Position numbers and translations under genes: made by a program. From Okamejei kenojei (lineage: Eukaryota), in assembly GCA_035221665.1 (NCBI GenBank), contig CM069148.1:14322001-14386000 (forward strand): a stretch of DNA of 64,000 bases. Direction: 5' to 3'. The notes beneath the pieces were generated by a model, which saw nothing but the letters and a program-made list of their open reading frames with translations, was not told where the DNA came from and did not search any database. Below, piece after piece: positions 37,369 to 49,380 of the stretch (position 1 is its first letter; each line of letters begins with the position of its first letter).

Positions 37369-39011
37369 TGGAATTGCAGACAAAAATGGACCCTGTAAGA
37401 AGTATAAAAAATTATGAGGCATAGATAGAGTAGAAGAAGACTGCCAATGATTCCATCGTTAATAAACTCAGGTGTTTAGTGTTAAAGCCAAGTTGACCAT
37501 TTTAGAAAGTGCCCAACAATTCGCAAGTTACCTTGCCTCAGTGGTCTTATGCACTCTGCGGAAAAATTAATATCAGCTTCTTGACGCAAGTCTAAGAGTA
37601 GCTGAGTTATTTTAGTCTCAGTTACTGAGAACAAGGAAGCAGATGCTTTTACAGATTATACACTAGCTACCATGTGGCATGCAGTATATTTAATAAATCT
37701 GGTTGCTATCTGATCACAACCATAAAGTGCTGGAGGAATTCAGCAGTCAGACAACATCGGTGGAGGTGATCGATGGACAACCTTTCAGATTGAGGCTCTC
37801 CATCAGTCTTCAGTCCTAAAATGTCGTCTTGTGCATTCCCTCCCTAGCTGCTGCCTGGCCTCTTGAATTCCTCCTTGTTGTTCCACTTTCCAAAGTTTCA
37901 CTTGCTCGAGATTCCTGCATCTGCAGTCTCGAGGCTGCAGTTAAGGTTATAATGTTCCAAACTGCTGACCAATCCCAAATACACACCTCTCCTTTATTCA
38001 CTTAAACATTTCCTTTCTGGAACAATGTGTTCAGACTTTTTTCAGGGCAATGATCACCTTCAATTGTCTCCTGGAAACCAGAAGTAGCACAAGTTGCACT
38101 TTTGACTTTGCTGTTACGGGATTAATAAATCAAAGACATTAATTCTAGGTTGACACAATTTAAAAACAGACAAAACCCTCCCTTCCTAGCTATCAGAGCT
38201 GAGAAAATTATTATATAGAGCCTTTTATTGTACAAGACCTCCAAAGTCAATAAATAGGAGTATTTGAGCATAAAAAGGCCAATCAGCCCACCTGGACAAT
38301 ACTGACCAAGTTAGCACACTGGACTAGGCTTAATTGACTGCATTAGGGCCATATTATTCTACACCCTTCCGATCCATAGACCTGTCCAAATATAGTATAA
38401 AAATCGTAACCGTATCTGCTTCTATAGCTTCCGCTGGCAGTTCATTCCAGATACGGATTACCCTTTGAATGAAAAGTTTGCCACCAAGGTCCCTCTTAAA
38501 TCTCTCCCATCTCATCATAGGACTATGCCCTCTAGTTTTAGAAGCCTCTACCCTGGGGAAAAGGCTGAGCATTCACTTTATCGATGTCCATCTTGATCTT
38601 GTACAGCACAATGGAGGTCACCCCTCAGCATCCTACGCTCCAAAGAAAGACCTAGCCTATGCCACCTCTCCCTATAATCAAGCCAGCAAGTCCAGGTAAA
38701 ATCCTGGCGAATCTCTTTTGCACCCCTTCTAACTTAATCACAATATTTCATTAGTAAAACACAGAAAATACAGTAGCAAAATTTAGTCAAAAGTTAAAGC
38801 TCATGGCACAGGCAGCAACTTGTTAGGATAGAGATATAATTATCTAACTATCAAAATAGGAAGTGTGTCATTTCTTGCTTGGCAAAGTGCAAGGAGTGGT
38901 GTGCGGTGGTCTGAAATATTAATAATTTGTAAAGATGCCAAATGAAGGTGTGGTTGCTAAACTTGCCGAAGGCACAAACGCGGATGGGAAAACAAGTTAC
39001 AAAGAGGCATA

Positions 39012-39611
39012 CAGTGCCCTCCATAATGTTTCGCTTTCCTAGTATAACTACACGCAGCCTTTTATAAATCGTGCAAAAAGACACCAAAGGTAGACAAAAA
39101 TGCTGGAGAAACTCAGCGGGTGAGGCAGCATCTATGGAGCGAAGGAAATAGGCGATGTTTCGGGTCGAGACCCTTCTTCTGTCTGATGTCTCCAAGAGTT
39201 TTAATCTTAGTCTCATAATGGCTTTTTTGACTTTCATTGGCACAACTTTGGTCCTCATATTGATAGACAGCAATAAAAGTTTCCAAAGGTGAGACTGGAG
39301 GAAAGACTAGATGCTGAGAGCTCTCTTATACCTGCATGAAGGAGGCAATTAAACACACCTGAGCAATTACAAACGCCTGTGAAGCCATGTGTCCCAAACA
39401 TTATGGTGCCCTGAAATGGGGGGAATATGTATAAATACAGGTGTAATTTCTACATGGTGAAACCAAAATGTGTAAAAATAGCCTTTAATAAAATCTGACA
39501 ATGTGCACTTTAACCACATGTGATTTTTTCTATTACAAATCTCAAATTGTGGAGTACAGAGGCAAATAAATAAATGATGGGTCTTTGTCCCAAACATTAT
39601 GGAGGACACTG
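39012..39611 (-). mobile_element. Internally deleted derivative of the 35224-36848 Tc1 family
   Basis: One full TIR plus the transposase 5' start (about 39180-39611, inverted). Only 20 bp of the other TIR remains (CAGTGCCCTCCATAATGTTT at 39012). Interrupts a CR1 fragment. Confidence 0.8.
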
Positions 39612-40627
39612 TGAGAAGGATGCAAACGGATATAGATTGATCAAATGACTCGGCAAAGATATGGCAAGTCGAATATAGTGTGGGAAAATGTGACTTTGCC
39701 CATTTTAGCAGAAAAGCAAAAAAATCATATCATCCAAATGGCAAGAGAGGTGCAGAGGTATCTTGGTGTCTTTGTGCACAATTTATAAAAGGCTGCAAGT
39801 AGTTACACTAGGAAAGTGAACCTAATGTTTTGTTGAGCAAACAACAAAGTGTTGTCAGAACTCAGCGGTCAGGTAGCACCTGTGAAGGGAATGGACAGAC
39901 TACGTTTCAGGTCAGGACCTTTCTTTCCACAATGTTGTTGCTTGTTACTAGGGAACTGAATACAAATGTAGGGAGGTTGCGCTTTGGGTACATTGGGCAT
40001 CGGTGAGACAATAGCTGGAGTACAGCGTACAATATTGTTTTCCTTACTTAAAGGAAACCTGTAAATATACTGCAAGCATTTCACCAATAGCTCCTTGGAC
40101 TGAAACCTGGAAATAGGCAGATGATCTTGAAAACCTACAGGTTAGGCTTGTATCCACTGGAGTTCACAGAGGGAAAACTTGAATAAAAACAAGACAGGAT
40201 AACAAAGAATCTATAACTACAGTATCGCTCTTTCATGAGGGGTTGCCAATTTAAGACAGATTGGTAGGAAGTAATTGCAGATGCTGGATTAAACAGAGGG
40301 TCAGGCAGCATCTCTGAAACGTCACCTATTCCTTTTCTCCAGAGATGCTGCCCAACCCGCTGAGTTTTACTCCAGCTTTTTGTGTCTAAGTTTGGAATTA
40401 TTTCCCTGTCAGTGGGTTGAGTACCATTAGAATTCTCTTTCTCAAAAGACCGTGGATGCAGAGATTAGATATTTTTAAGTTAGATTAGATGGACTCCTGA
40501 AAAATAAGGGCATTGAAGGTTATTGCAGTGATCTAGAGTTATCTAGTGATCTAGAGTTGAGGTTATTTAGTGATCTAGAGTTGAGGTTAAAAATCAGAGC
40601 AGCCATGATCTCACTGAATGAAAGACT

Positions 40628-41180
40628 AGAAACATAGAAACGTAGAAAATAGGTACAGGAGGAGGCCATTCGGCCCTTCGAGCCAGCACCACCATTCATT
40701 GTAATCATGGCTGATTGTCCCCAATCAATAACCCGTGCCTGCCTTTTCCGCTATCCCTTCATTCCACTAGCCCCTAGCGCTCTATCTAATTCTCTCTTAA
40801 ATCCATCCAGTGATTTGGCCTCCACTGCCCTCTGTGGCAGGGAATTCCACAAATCCACAACTCTGGGTGAAAATGTTTTTTCTCACCTCAGTCTTAAATG
40901 GCCTCCTTTTTATTCTAAGACTGTGGCCCCTTGGTTCTGGACTCGCCCAACATTGGGAACATTTTTCCTGCATCTAGCTTGTCCAGTCCTTTTATAATTT
41001 TATATGTTTTTATAAGATTCCCTCTCATCCTTCTAAACTCCAGTGAATACAAGCCTGGTCTTTTCAATCTTTCCTCATACGACAGTCCCGCCATCCCAGG
41101 GATCAATCTGGTGAACCTACGCTGCACTGCCTCAATCACAAGGATGTCCTTCCTCAAATTAGGAGACCAAAACTGTACGC
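40628..41180 (-). mobile_element. CR1/HER1 LINE 3' fragment
   Basis: CVQFWSPNLRKDIL..VQRRFTRLIPGM peptide; (TTTCTATG)-type tail. Confidence 0.85.
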
Positions 41181-42125
41181 AAAGACCAAAACTGTACACA
41201 ACTAAAGGGGTTAAATGGCCTACTCTGGTCCTTAATTCATATGTCCATCTGTCCTATTGCACTGTAGAGCCTGACAAAGAACTTTGCTCGTTTGAGAGAT
41301 GCAAGGTGCTGAACAATTAGCTGTGGAGTCTGCTACATGTGATTTGGTTGCTGTGCAGTAGAATCCCATATTTTTACAGCAGAGACCAAATTATTATCTG
41401 TGATGGACACTGCCAGGTCCATCACAGATACTGAGCTCCCTGCAAATAAAGGGACCTTCAGCATGCTTCATTACCTTGCTCTCATCTTGTTACAACTATT
41501 GGGAATGCGATAAAGGAACCTGAAAACCGTGAACAATGTTCAAGAACAGCTTAGACACAAAATGATGGAGTAACTCAGCGGGACAGGCAACATCTCTGGA
41601 GAGAAGGAACGGGTGATGTTTCGGCTCGAGACCCTTCTTCAGACTAGTCCAGGGAAAGGGAAACGAGAGATATAGACAGTGATGTAGAGATATAGAACAC
41701 GTGAGAGGTAACGTCGTGTTTAAGGGTCTTCATCAAACTCATAAACACTGCACTAATCTCAACTATGAACACTATGGACCGTGTCTTTGGTTGCACTATG
41801 AGGTTTTATTTGTGCTCGTATTAAGGCTATTAACTAACATAATTTTTTAAGGCCCTGTTAAGCTGCTGCAATAAAGAATTTCATTGCTCTGTTGTCAGTA
41901 CATGTGATAAAAATAGTACATGGGTAAGAAAGATTTAAAGGTAAATAGGTCAAACACAAGCATATGGAAAACTCTAGATGGGGCATCTTGCTCAGCATGG
42001 ACAAGTTGTGCAGAAGAGCCCGTTTCCGTGCTGTAGGTCTCCAGGAGAAACCTTGGTGCCCAAAAAGGACCATGATAAAGTCACACTGTAAAGGATGGAT
42101 AGTCAAGATATATATTATGACCTAC

Positions 42126-42255
42126 CTTCTTGTCATCTGGGTTCATCTGACTCATGAGCATATTTATATTATCAGTGTTCCACACCCATGTATGGCTTGT
42201 GAAGTATTCGACCAACATCATTGATTTATGAAGCCGATTAATGATTTTCATCATC
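42126..42255 (-). CDS. FAR1: FAR1-like exon
   Basis: [43 protein letters not shown]; 130 nt; AG/GT. Confidence 0.95.
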
Positions 42256-42989
42256 CTAAAAACAAAGTTAATTAGTGCAATCAAACAGAGATGTAACAGC
42301 TGTATCCCTTATCAGAAAGAAATGACAGGTACAACAAGCATCATATCACTGAATACATGATAAATCAGGCAGACTAAAGTTGCGGACAAGAACTCTGAAA
42401 CAAAGGAGACTACAGAGAGTGGTAGATATCGCCCCGTGTATATCAGGTATTGACCTCCTCACCAACAAAGGGATTTATAGGGGGCGCTCCCTCAAAAAGG
42501 CAGCGATATCAAGGATGCACAAGTCCCAAGTCCCTGGACATGTTGTTATTTCCCTACTACCTAAAGGTGGTACAGGAGCCTGAAAACCATGACCACCAGG
42601 TTCAAGAACAGCTTCTTCCCAGCAACTATCAGGTTCCTGAACACCACACAAGATTAACAACTATGGCGTTCTATTGACTATGCAGGCTTCAGCATTGCGC
42701 TAGTATTAGTTATTAATTTATTGACATTGATTATTGCATATTTATCTGTGTGTTAGGGCCCGTAACTGATGCACAGGTAAGAATTTCATTGATTCATTGT
42801 CAGTACACATGACAATTGAACACTCATCGAAACATAGTTAGTTCAGCAAGAGTTAGGTTAAATTCCTGCAGTTTTAAAGAACTTAAATTTAGTTACATCT
42901 GGTAGGGAAGGAAATTGGACAGGTTTGCAGTTTAATTTTAAATTCAAATTCAAATTAATTGTCACATGCACCAATTAAGGTACAGTGAT

Positions 42990-43280
42990 AAAGAAGGAAC
43001 TGCAGATGCTGGAAAATCAAGGGTACACAAAATGCTGGAGAAACTCAGCGGGTGCAGCAGCATTTATGGAGCGAAGGGGATAGGCAACGTTTCGGGCCAA
43101 AACCCTTCTTCAGACTGATGGGGGGTGGGGGGCGGCGGGGCGAAGAAAGGAAAAAGGAGGAGCCCGAGGGCTGAGGGAGAGGTAGGAAGGGGAGGGGACA
43201 ACAAGGGTTAACAGAATTGAGAGAATTTGATGTTCATGCCAAGAGAATGTAGACTCCCCAAGCGGAATATGAGGTGCTGT
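42990..43280 (-). mobile_element. Penelope-like element 3' fragment with hammerhead-like motif
   Basis: Minus strand 43083-43118 reads TCAGT-CTGAAGA-A-GGGTTTTGGCCC-GAAAC-GTT-GCC; GIY-YIG C-terminal remnant at about 43215-43280. Confidence 0.7.
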
Positions 43281-45670
43281 GGTAAACAAGGTACAGTGAT
43301 ATTTGAGTTACCATGCAGCCTTACAATTAAAAGAACATATCACAATTAAAAGAATGATAGAACTTAACATAAACATTCACCACAGTGATCACTGTGATGG
43401 AAGGTAAAAGTTCAGTCAGTTCCTCCTATTATGTCTAATATAGCGCTAAAAATAATTTTACATATGGATATTAAATTAATCGACTAAAGAACTCCACAAC
43501 ATTAGTGTTATTAACCATTTCAATGTAATCCACCCAAATGCATTCTCAAATCAAACAGGGCAAGTTTCGACACTGCGGTTTATTTTCAGGGGCAATGAAT
43601 ATAGATCAGAGATCCAATGAGCTTACTTCTGTTACTCTGCAGGATTTCAATTAGTAAACAAGGCTACAAAAAGGAGCAGGCAAAATTGCAAAGAGCCAAA
43701 ACAGTGGTGACACACAGCATTCCGTATCAACTGAGGGTGAAAAGCCTTTGTCAGAGATTAGATGAATAGTGTTTGCAAGTCAATAATACAGTAAATAATA
43801 ATACAATAAATTTAGGGTGGCATATTAGTGCAGAGGTAGAGTTGTTTCCTCACAGCACCAGAGAGCCGGGTTTGATCCTGACTATGGGTGTATTCTCCCC
43901 GTGACTGCGTGGGTTTAATCCGGGCACTCCCTTTTCCTCTCACTTTTCAATGACGTGTAGGTTTGTCGACTAAATGTTCTCTGTGAATTGCCTCTGGTGT
44001 GCATGACACAAAAGTGGGATACCAGAACCAGTGGATGGGTGGATCGCTGGTCGGCGTGGACCCAGTGGGATGAAGGGCCTGGTTCCATATCTATATCTCT
44101 AAATTCTAAATATATTTGTTTTCTCTTTGCACGCAGAGTTCAGGTGGACAAGTACTCCAATTTGCACGAATCATACATTTTTACAAATGAATATTTGAAT
44201 CCTAATTGAATCAGACATTGTGGGAAAGTTAAACATCATCTCAAGTTTGCTATTTATATATCATTAGCTGAATATATTGTTCACAATAGTTTACACCCTA
44301 GGCTATTGGTTTATGAAGTATGTAAACCCAGCTGCTTCCATATGCGATTCTGCTGTTGTGGGACTATAATTGGGGCATATATTTTCAGTAAAATTATTAA
44401 GAGACAGCAACAGCAATGTTTAATAAGGAACAACATCTATTTTCCAACAGCACCACACATTCTATTAAGCAAGGCCCAAGAAAGAACATTAATACCCATC
44501 AATTTCAGTTTAACGATACAATCTTAGTAGCAAGAGATTCTTATCACTTCCCCATAAAATACCCGTGCGCCCAGTTATTATCTTTGTGGATGTATTTACA
44601 GGTAAGGTACAGCATTATCTTAAAGCTCAAGGCACAAAGTGCTGGGGGAACTCAGCAAGTCAGGTAGCATCTGTGGAGGGAATGGACAGATGACGTTCGA
44701 GTCAGGACCCTTTTTCTTCAGACTGTGCTTAAGATTCCAGCATCTGCAGTCTCGTGTGTTTCCATTTATTTTATTGCTTCTCACTTACCAAACATTGTGT
44801 CTGTTTATAAGACAAAGTCAGTTAATCCATCTTGGGCCAAACTTGGGCAAATAGCACTAGTTTATACTGGACATCTAGGTCAGCATGGATGAGTTGGGCT
44901 AAAGGGCCATGCTATGTGACACCAACTCAAGAAATTGCCAGGGCACCTCAGTTTGCCTTCAAAGGCGTACCAACAAGAGTGCTGCATGATATACTTTTCT
45001 CACAAACTAAACCACAGCATAAAGGTGTCAGACAGTAGCCTAGATATAAAAATTATACATGATGTACCACTGGCAGGCTCCAAGTGCTACATTTGCACAC
45101 TAGCTCAATGCTTAAATGGCACAATTATTTTGCCACATGCATCGTGCTGAACTCAGTGGTGCAGCTGGCAGTGTTAGGGGCACAGCTGTAGAGTTGCTGC
45201 CTTACCGTGCCAGAGACCCAGGTTTGTTCCTGACCATGGGTGCTTCAATAAAAATAGTTAATTGTCCCTAATCTGTAGGAACAGGCGAAGGGAATCGCTG
45301 GTCGGCATGGACTCGGTGGGCCGAAGGGCCCAACTCCACACTGTCTCTCACTAAACCTCACAGCGCCAGAGACTCCAATTAAAGTTTGGCCTCGGGTGCT
45401 GTCCGTGTGCAGTTTACACGCACTACCTGTGACTGCCTGGGTTTGCTCTGGTTTGTCCCACAGACGCATGGGCATGTAGGTTAATTGGATGTGTAGGATG
45501 TGGATGAGAAAGTGGGATAACATAGAACGAGTGTGAATGGCTGGTCAAGTGGTGTCAGTGAGCCGTAGGGCCTTTGTCCATGCTGTATATCTAAACTGAA
45601 CTCAGAGTCAATGATATATTGAACTGGTCAATCTGAACCTGCTCCTCTAGCAGACCAGTTCCAGAAGTGA

Positions 45671-46210
45671 AGGGCCTGTCCTACCAGCATCCAACTCCAT
45701 GCGGTGAGCGCGATCAAACCGGCAGCGGGGGCCGCGCGGAGGTCGGGTGATCCCTGTACAGGGCCGTTCCCAACAGCATGCGCCTGGGTGCGAAGAGCGC
45801 GACCAAACCAGCAGCGGGGGCCACGCGGAGATGGGGTGAGTGGCGCGACGCGGCGGGAAGTGAGGCGAACTTCGAGTGAAGTCTTAAAGGTAAGTTCGCC
45901 AGGACAGAGAGGGGCACAGAGGCACACACAGAGAGGGGCACAGAGGCACACACAGAGAGGGTCATGGAGGCACGACGTTGAGGCGGTGTGTAATGTGTCG
46001 AGGCGACTGCGAGCCGACAAGCCGTTGCTGCGTGGAATTTTTGAACATGGTCAGTTTTTCGGAGTCCCGCGCGATGTCGGGACGAACTCCGCACAATTCC
46101 GCACGGCTCCGGCGATCGAAGTGGGACCAGCCCCGCGACGCCGGACGGCTCAAGCGACCACGTTAGGTCGCGCTCATCGCATGGAGTTGCATGCTGCTGG
46201 GACAGGCCCT
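45671..46210. mobile_element. PIF/Harbinger-type MITE, GC/CpG-rich
   Basis: About 45-bp TIRs AGGGCCTGTCC..CAGCAT.CAACTCCATGCG.TGAGCGCGA; TGA/TAA 3-bp flanks; internal 24-bp tandem repeat at about 45904-45960. Confidence 0.75.
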
Positions 46211-48699
46211 TAACTCTCATCTCCCTGAAGCATGTGTGAAGTCTCGTCTTAAGAAGCCTTCATTTCACCTCAACCGTATAGCACCCAACTCACCTTTAAC
46301 ACGATCTATGAGGCAAATAGATTTTCTTCGCCCGCACCTCCCCCAAATTATTTGCCATTTCTTCACTTGTCTCACGTTCATAAGTTGTAAGAGCACAATT
46401 AGGCCATTTGGCCCATCAAGTCGACTCTGCCATTTAATCATGGCTGCCATTTAATCATGGTTAATCTATGCTCCCAACCCCATTCTCTTGCCTTCTCTCC
46501 ATAACCCCCGACACTCATACGAAACCTTCTGCAGGATTCACTCACAAGAGGCAATTGTTCAACTTTAACATCCACTTTCGTGAAATGCTTTATAATATTC
46601 AAGCTCGCTATAGGTCATTTACAATACTGGCCGACTGAATCATCTTTGATAGTTGCAGCCTCAGTTCAGACTCGGGCTGCACAGTGGTATAGTTGCTGCC
46701 TTACTGCGCCGGAGACCCGGGTTCGATCCTGACTTGGGTGCTGTCCGTACGGGGTTTGTACGTTCTCCCCGTGATCTACGTGGGTTTTCCTGGAGATCTC
46801 CGGTTTCCTCCCACACTTCAAAGACATACAGGATTGTAAGTTAATTGGCTTGATAAAATTGTAAATTTTCCCTAATGTGTGTAGGATCGTGTTAGTGTGC
46901 AGGGGGTCGCTAGTTGGCGTGAACTAGTTGGGCCAAAGAGCCTGTTTCCGTGCTGTATCTATTAACAAAAACTAACTTTCAGCAATTCTTCTCTGCATTC
47001 CAAGTTGGCCTACTCATTGCTTCCACAATTGCATAACGTGCCACAACATTTTTGCCTCACTGATATGCTCTATAAACTGCATAATATTTGAGGCACAGAA
47101 GCAGACCATCTCCTTAACGTGATTGGTACAAAATCTGATAACAGAATACTTTGGAACAATGTTCTAAAAATAACAGCAAATGCAGAAGTGAAGAACTGCA
47201 CTTACGATAGATAATTAAGAGAATAATGCTGGACGTCATTTGAGGAAATTGATTTCCACATTCTTTTGCACATGGATGTCAACTTTCTACTGTGCATTCG
47301 ATGGGACAGCTATTCTCTGATGCTATTTATGGCTTCAAATCCCTGGTAACTGAAGTAAAACATGAAGTGCTGGAGTAACTCAGCTGGTCAGGCAGCATCT
47401 GTGGAGTCAATGATTTCAGCATCTGCAGTCCTTATTGGATCTTGGCTGATTTTTGTTCAGCAAATGCAAAGGGCTTTCTACGATGTTCATGCACATGCTG
47501 AACACTAGATACTGCCACAACAGCATCAAACAAGGAATTTTCACTGATCAACACAACCCAGTGATTTGCGTGATCGCCGCAGATTTCCTCTCAGAAATGA
47601 GGACGTTGCCCAACATGCATGCACTGTTAAACCACATGTGGTTCAAACCATGAAACGTTCAACAACATTCATGATTACTAATTCAGAACATACAGAAGGA
47701 AAACAAACCAGGTCCAACACAGCAAGCCTCACAGTTAACGGCATGAAATAAGCATAAGCTATCACCTGCACTGTACCACTATCGCCATAAACATCATCAC
47801 ACACATTCTCCAGATCAATAGCAACCACTCAAGCACAGTATTGACATACCAATGAATCATCGGTTTTTTTTTAAAAAAAACGTTTTACATCCACAGAAGC
47901 TGACTAAACTGCAAAGTGTTTCCAATGTTTAGTTGCAAACTTCTGGCATCCACAGCATTTTGTTCTTATAAAATCCCCCGCAAAGCATGCCACATCAAGG
48001 CCAGGCAATTCTCAAATTAGGTGTACAAATTAAAGGAGAAAGTGACAAACCTGAAATCAGGGCAAATCAAAGTAAAAGTCAGATGCAGAAATGAACAAAG
48101 GTGTGCCATAATTTTTATTTATAAACAGCGACTCCATCCAGCAACATAGATGTGAAAAATAAATTGTGCAATGTCTGACTTTTTTTTCCACAGATCGCAA
48201 ATGTGGATGCCAAATCAATGGATATTTGTAAGATGGAAATTGATAGATTCTTGATTAGTACGGGTGTCAAGGGTTATGGGGAGAAGACAGAAGAATGGGG
48301 TTACAAGGGAAAGATAAATCAGCCGTGATTGAATGGCGGGGTAGACGTGATGAGCCAAATGGCCTAGTTCTGCTCAGACAACTTATGACTCAGCTTAGTG
48401 TTGCTGCTTAGGAATCAAATAAAAGTAACAGTTACTGGAAATCCAATCCTTTGTCAGAACAGGAAGTTCTCTTTCCCAGTTCTGATCTATCAGAAATGTT
48501 GATCCATTTCTTTCCTTACGGATGCTGCCAGACTTACTGGGAGTTGCCATTTTGTTTTCATTGTTTATTTATCATAGTATCCCTCAAGGCCCTTTATGAA
48601 ACAATTTAATGACAGGACAACAGCACAGCTGTTGGAACTATTGCCACAGAGCTCCTGCAAGCCAGGTTTAGATCTAACCTCAGGTGCTGTATTGAGTTC

Positions 48700-49380
48700 A
48701 AGTTTGTGTTTATTGTCACGTAACCAACTAAGGTACAGTGAAATTGGAGTTACCATACAGCCATACTAAGTGAAAATAATACGTTACACACATAAAATTA
48801 AATTTAACATAAACACCCTCCACAGTGGATTCAACATTCCTCACTGTGATGGAAGGCAAAGTTCAGTCATCTTCCTCTTTGTTCACCTGCGGTCGGGGCC
48901 TTGAACATTCTGCAATTGCCGTTGCCGGCGGCCCGATGTCCAGGCCCTCTCGTCGGCTTGATTGAAACTCCGGCGTCAGGATGGATTGGAACACTCCCGA
49001 TGCATGGAGCTCCCGAGTCTTACGGTGCTTCACGGTGTTAAAGTCCGCAGGCCCCGCGGTCGGAGCTCTTCTTCCGGCGATCCTCGGCAAAGCATCCCCG
49101 GCTCCGCAATGGTAAGTCCGCGCCGGTCTCCACGAAAGGCCGCGCTACTCCACATTGTTAGGCCGCGGGGGGGGGGGGGGGGGGGCAGAGATGCAAAACG
49201 GAGGAAATCGCATCTCCATCGAGGTAAGTGACTGGAAAAATGTTTCCCCCTATTTCCCCCCCTCCCCACACATAAACTAACCAAGAAACATTGAAACATA
49301 CATTTAAGACATACTAAAAATAACAAAAACAGAGAAGGGACACGACAGGCAGTTGGCAAGACGGCCATTACGGGCGCCAT
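48700..49380 (-). mobile_element. Unclassified CpG-rich non-autonomous retroelement
   Basis: Colinear with and related to 54200-54955; minus-strand AATAAA-containing tail. Confidence 0.55.

Noticed and set aside
40528-40590. Three repeats of AGTGATCTAGAGTT with short spacers
   Set aside because: Local slippage duplication in a CR1 3' UTR; far too short and irregular for CRISPR, and the DNA is eukaryotic.
45628-46220. Overlapping 130-169 aa ORFs on both strands
   Set aside because: They lie inside a GC-rich MITE with few stop codons and have no protein motifs.
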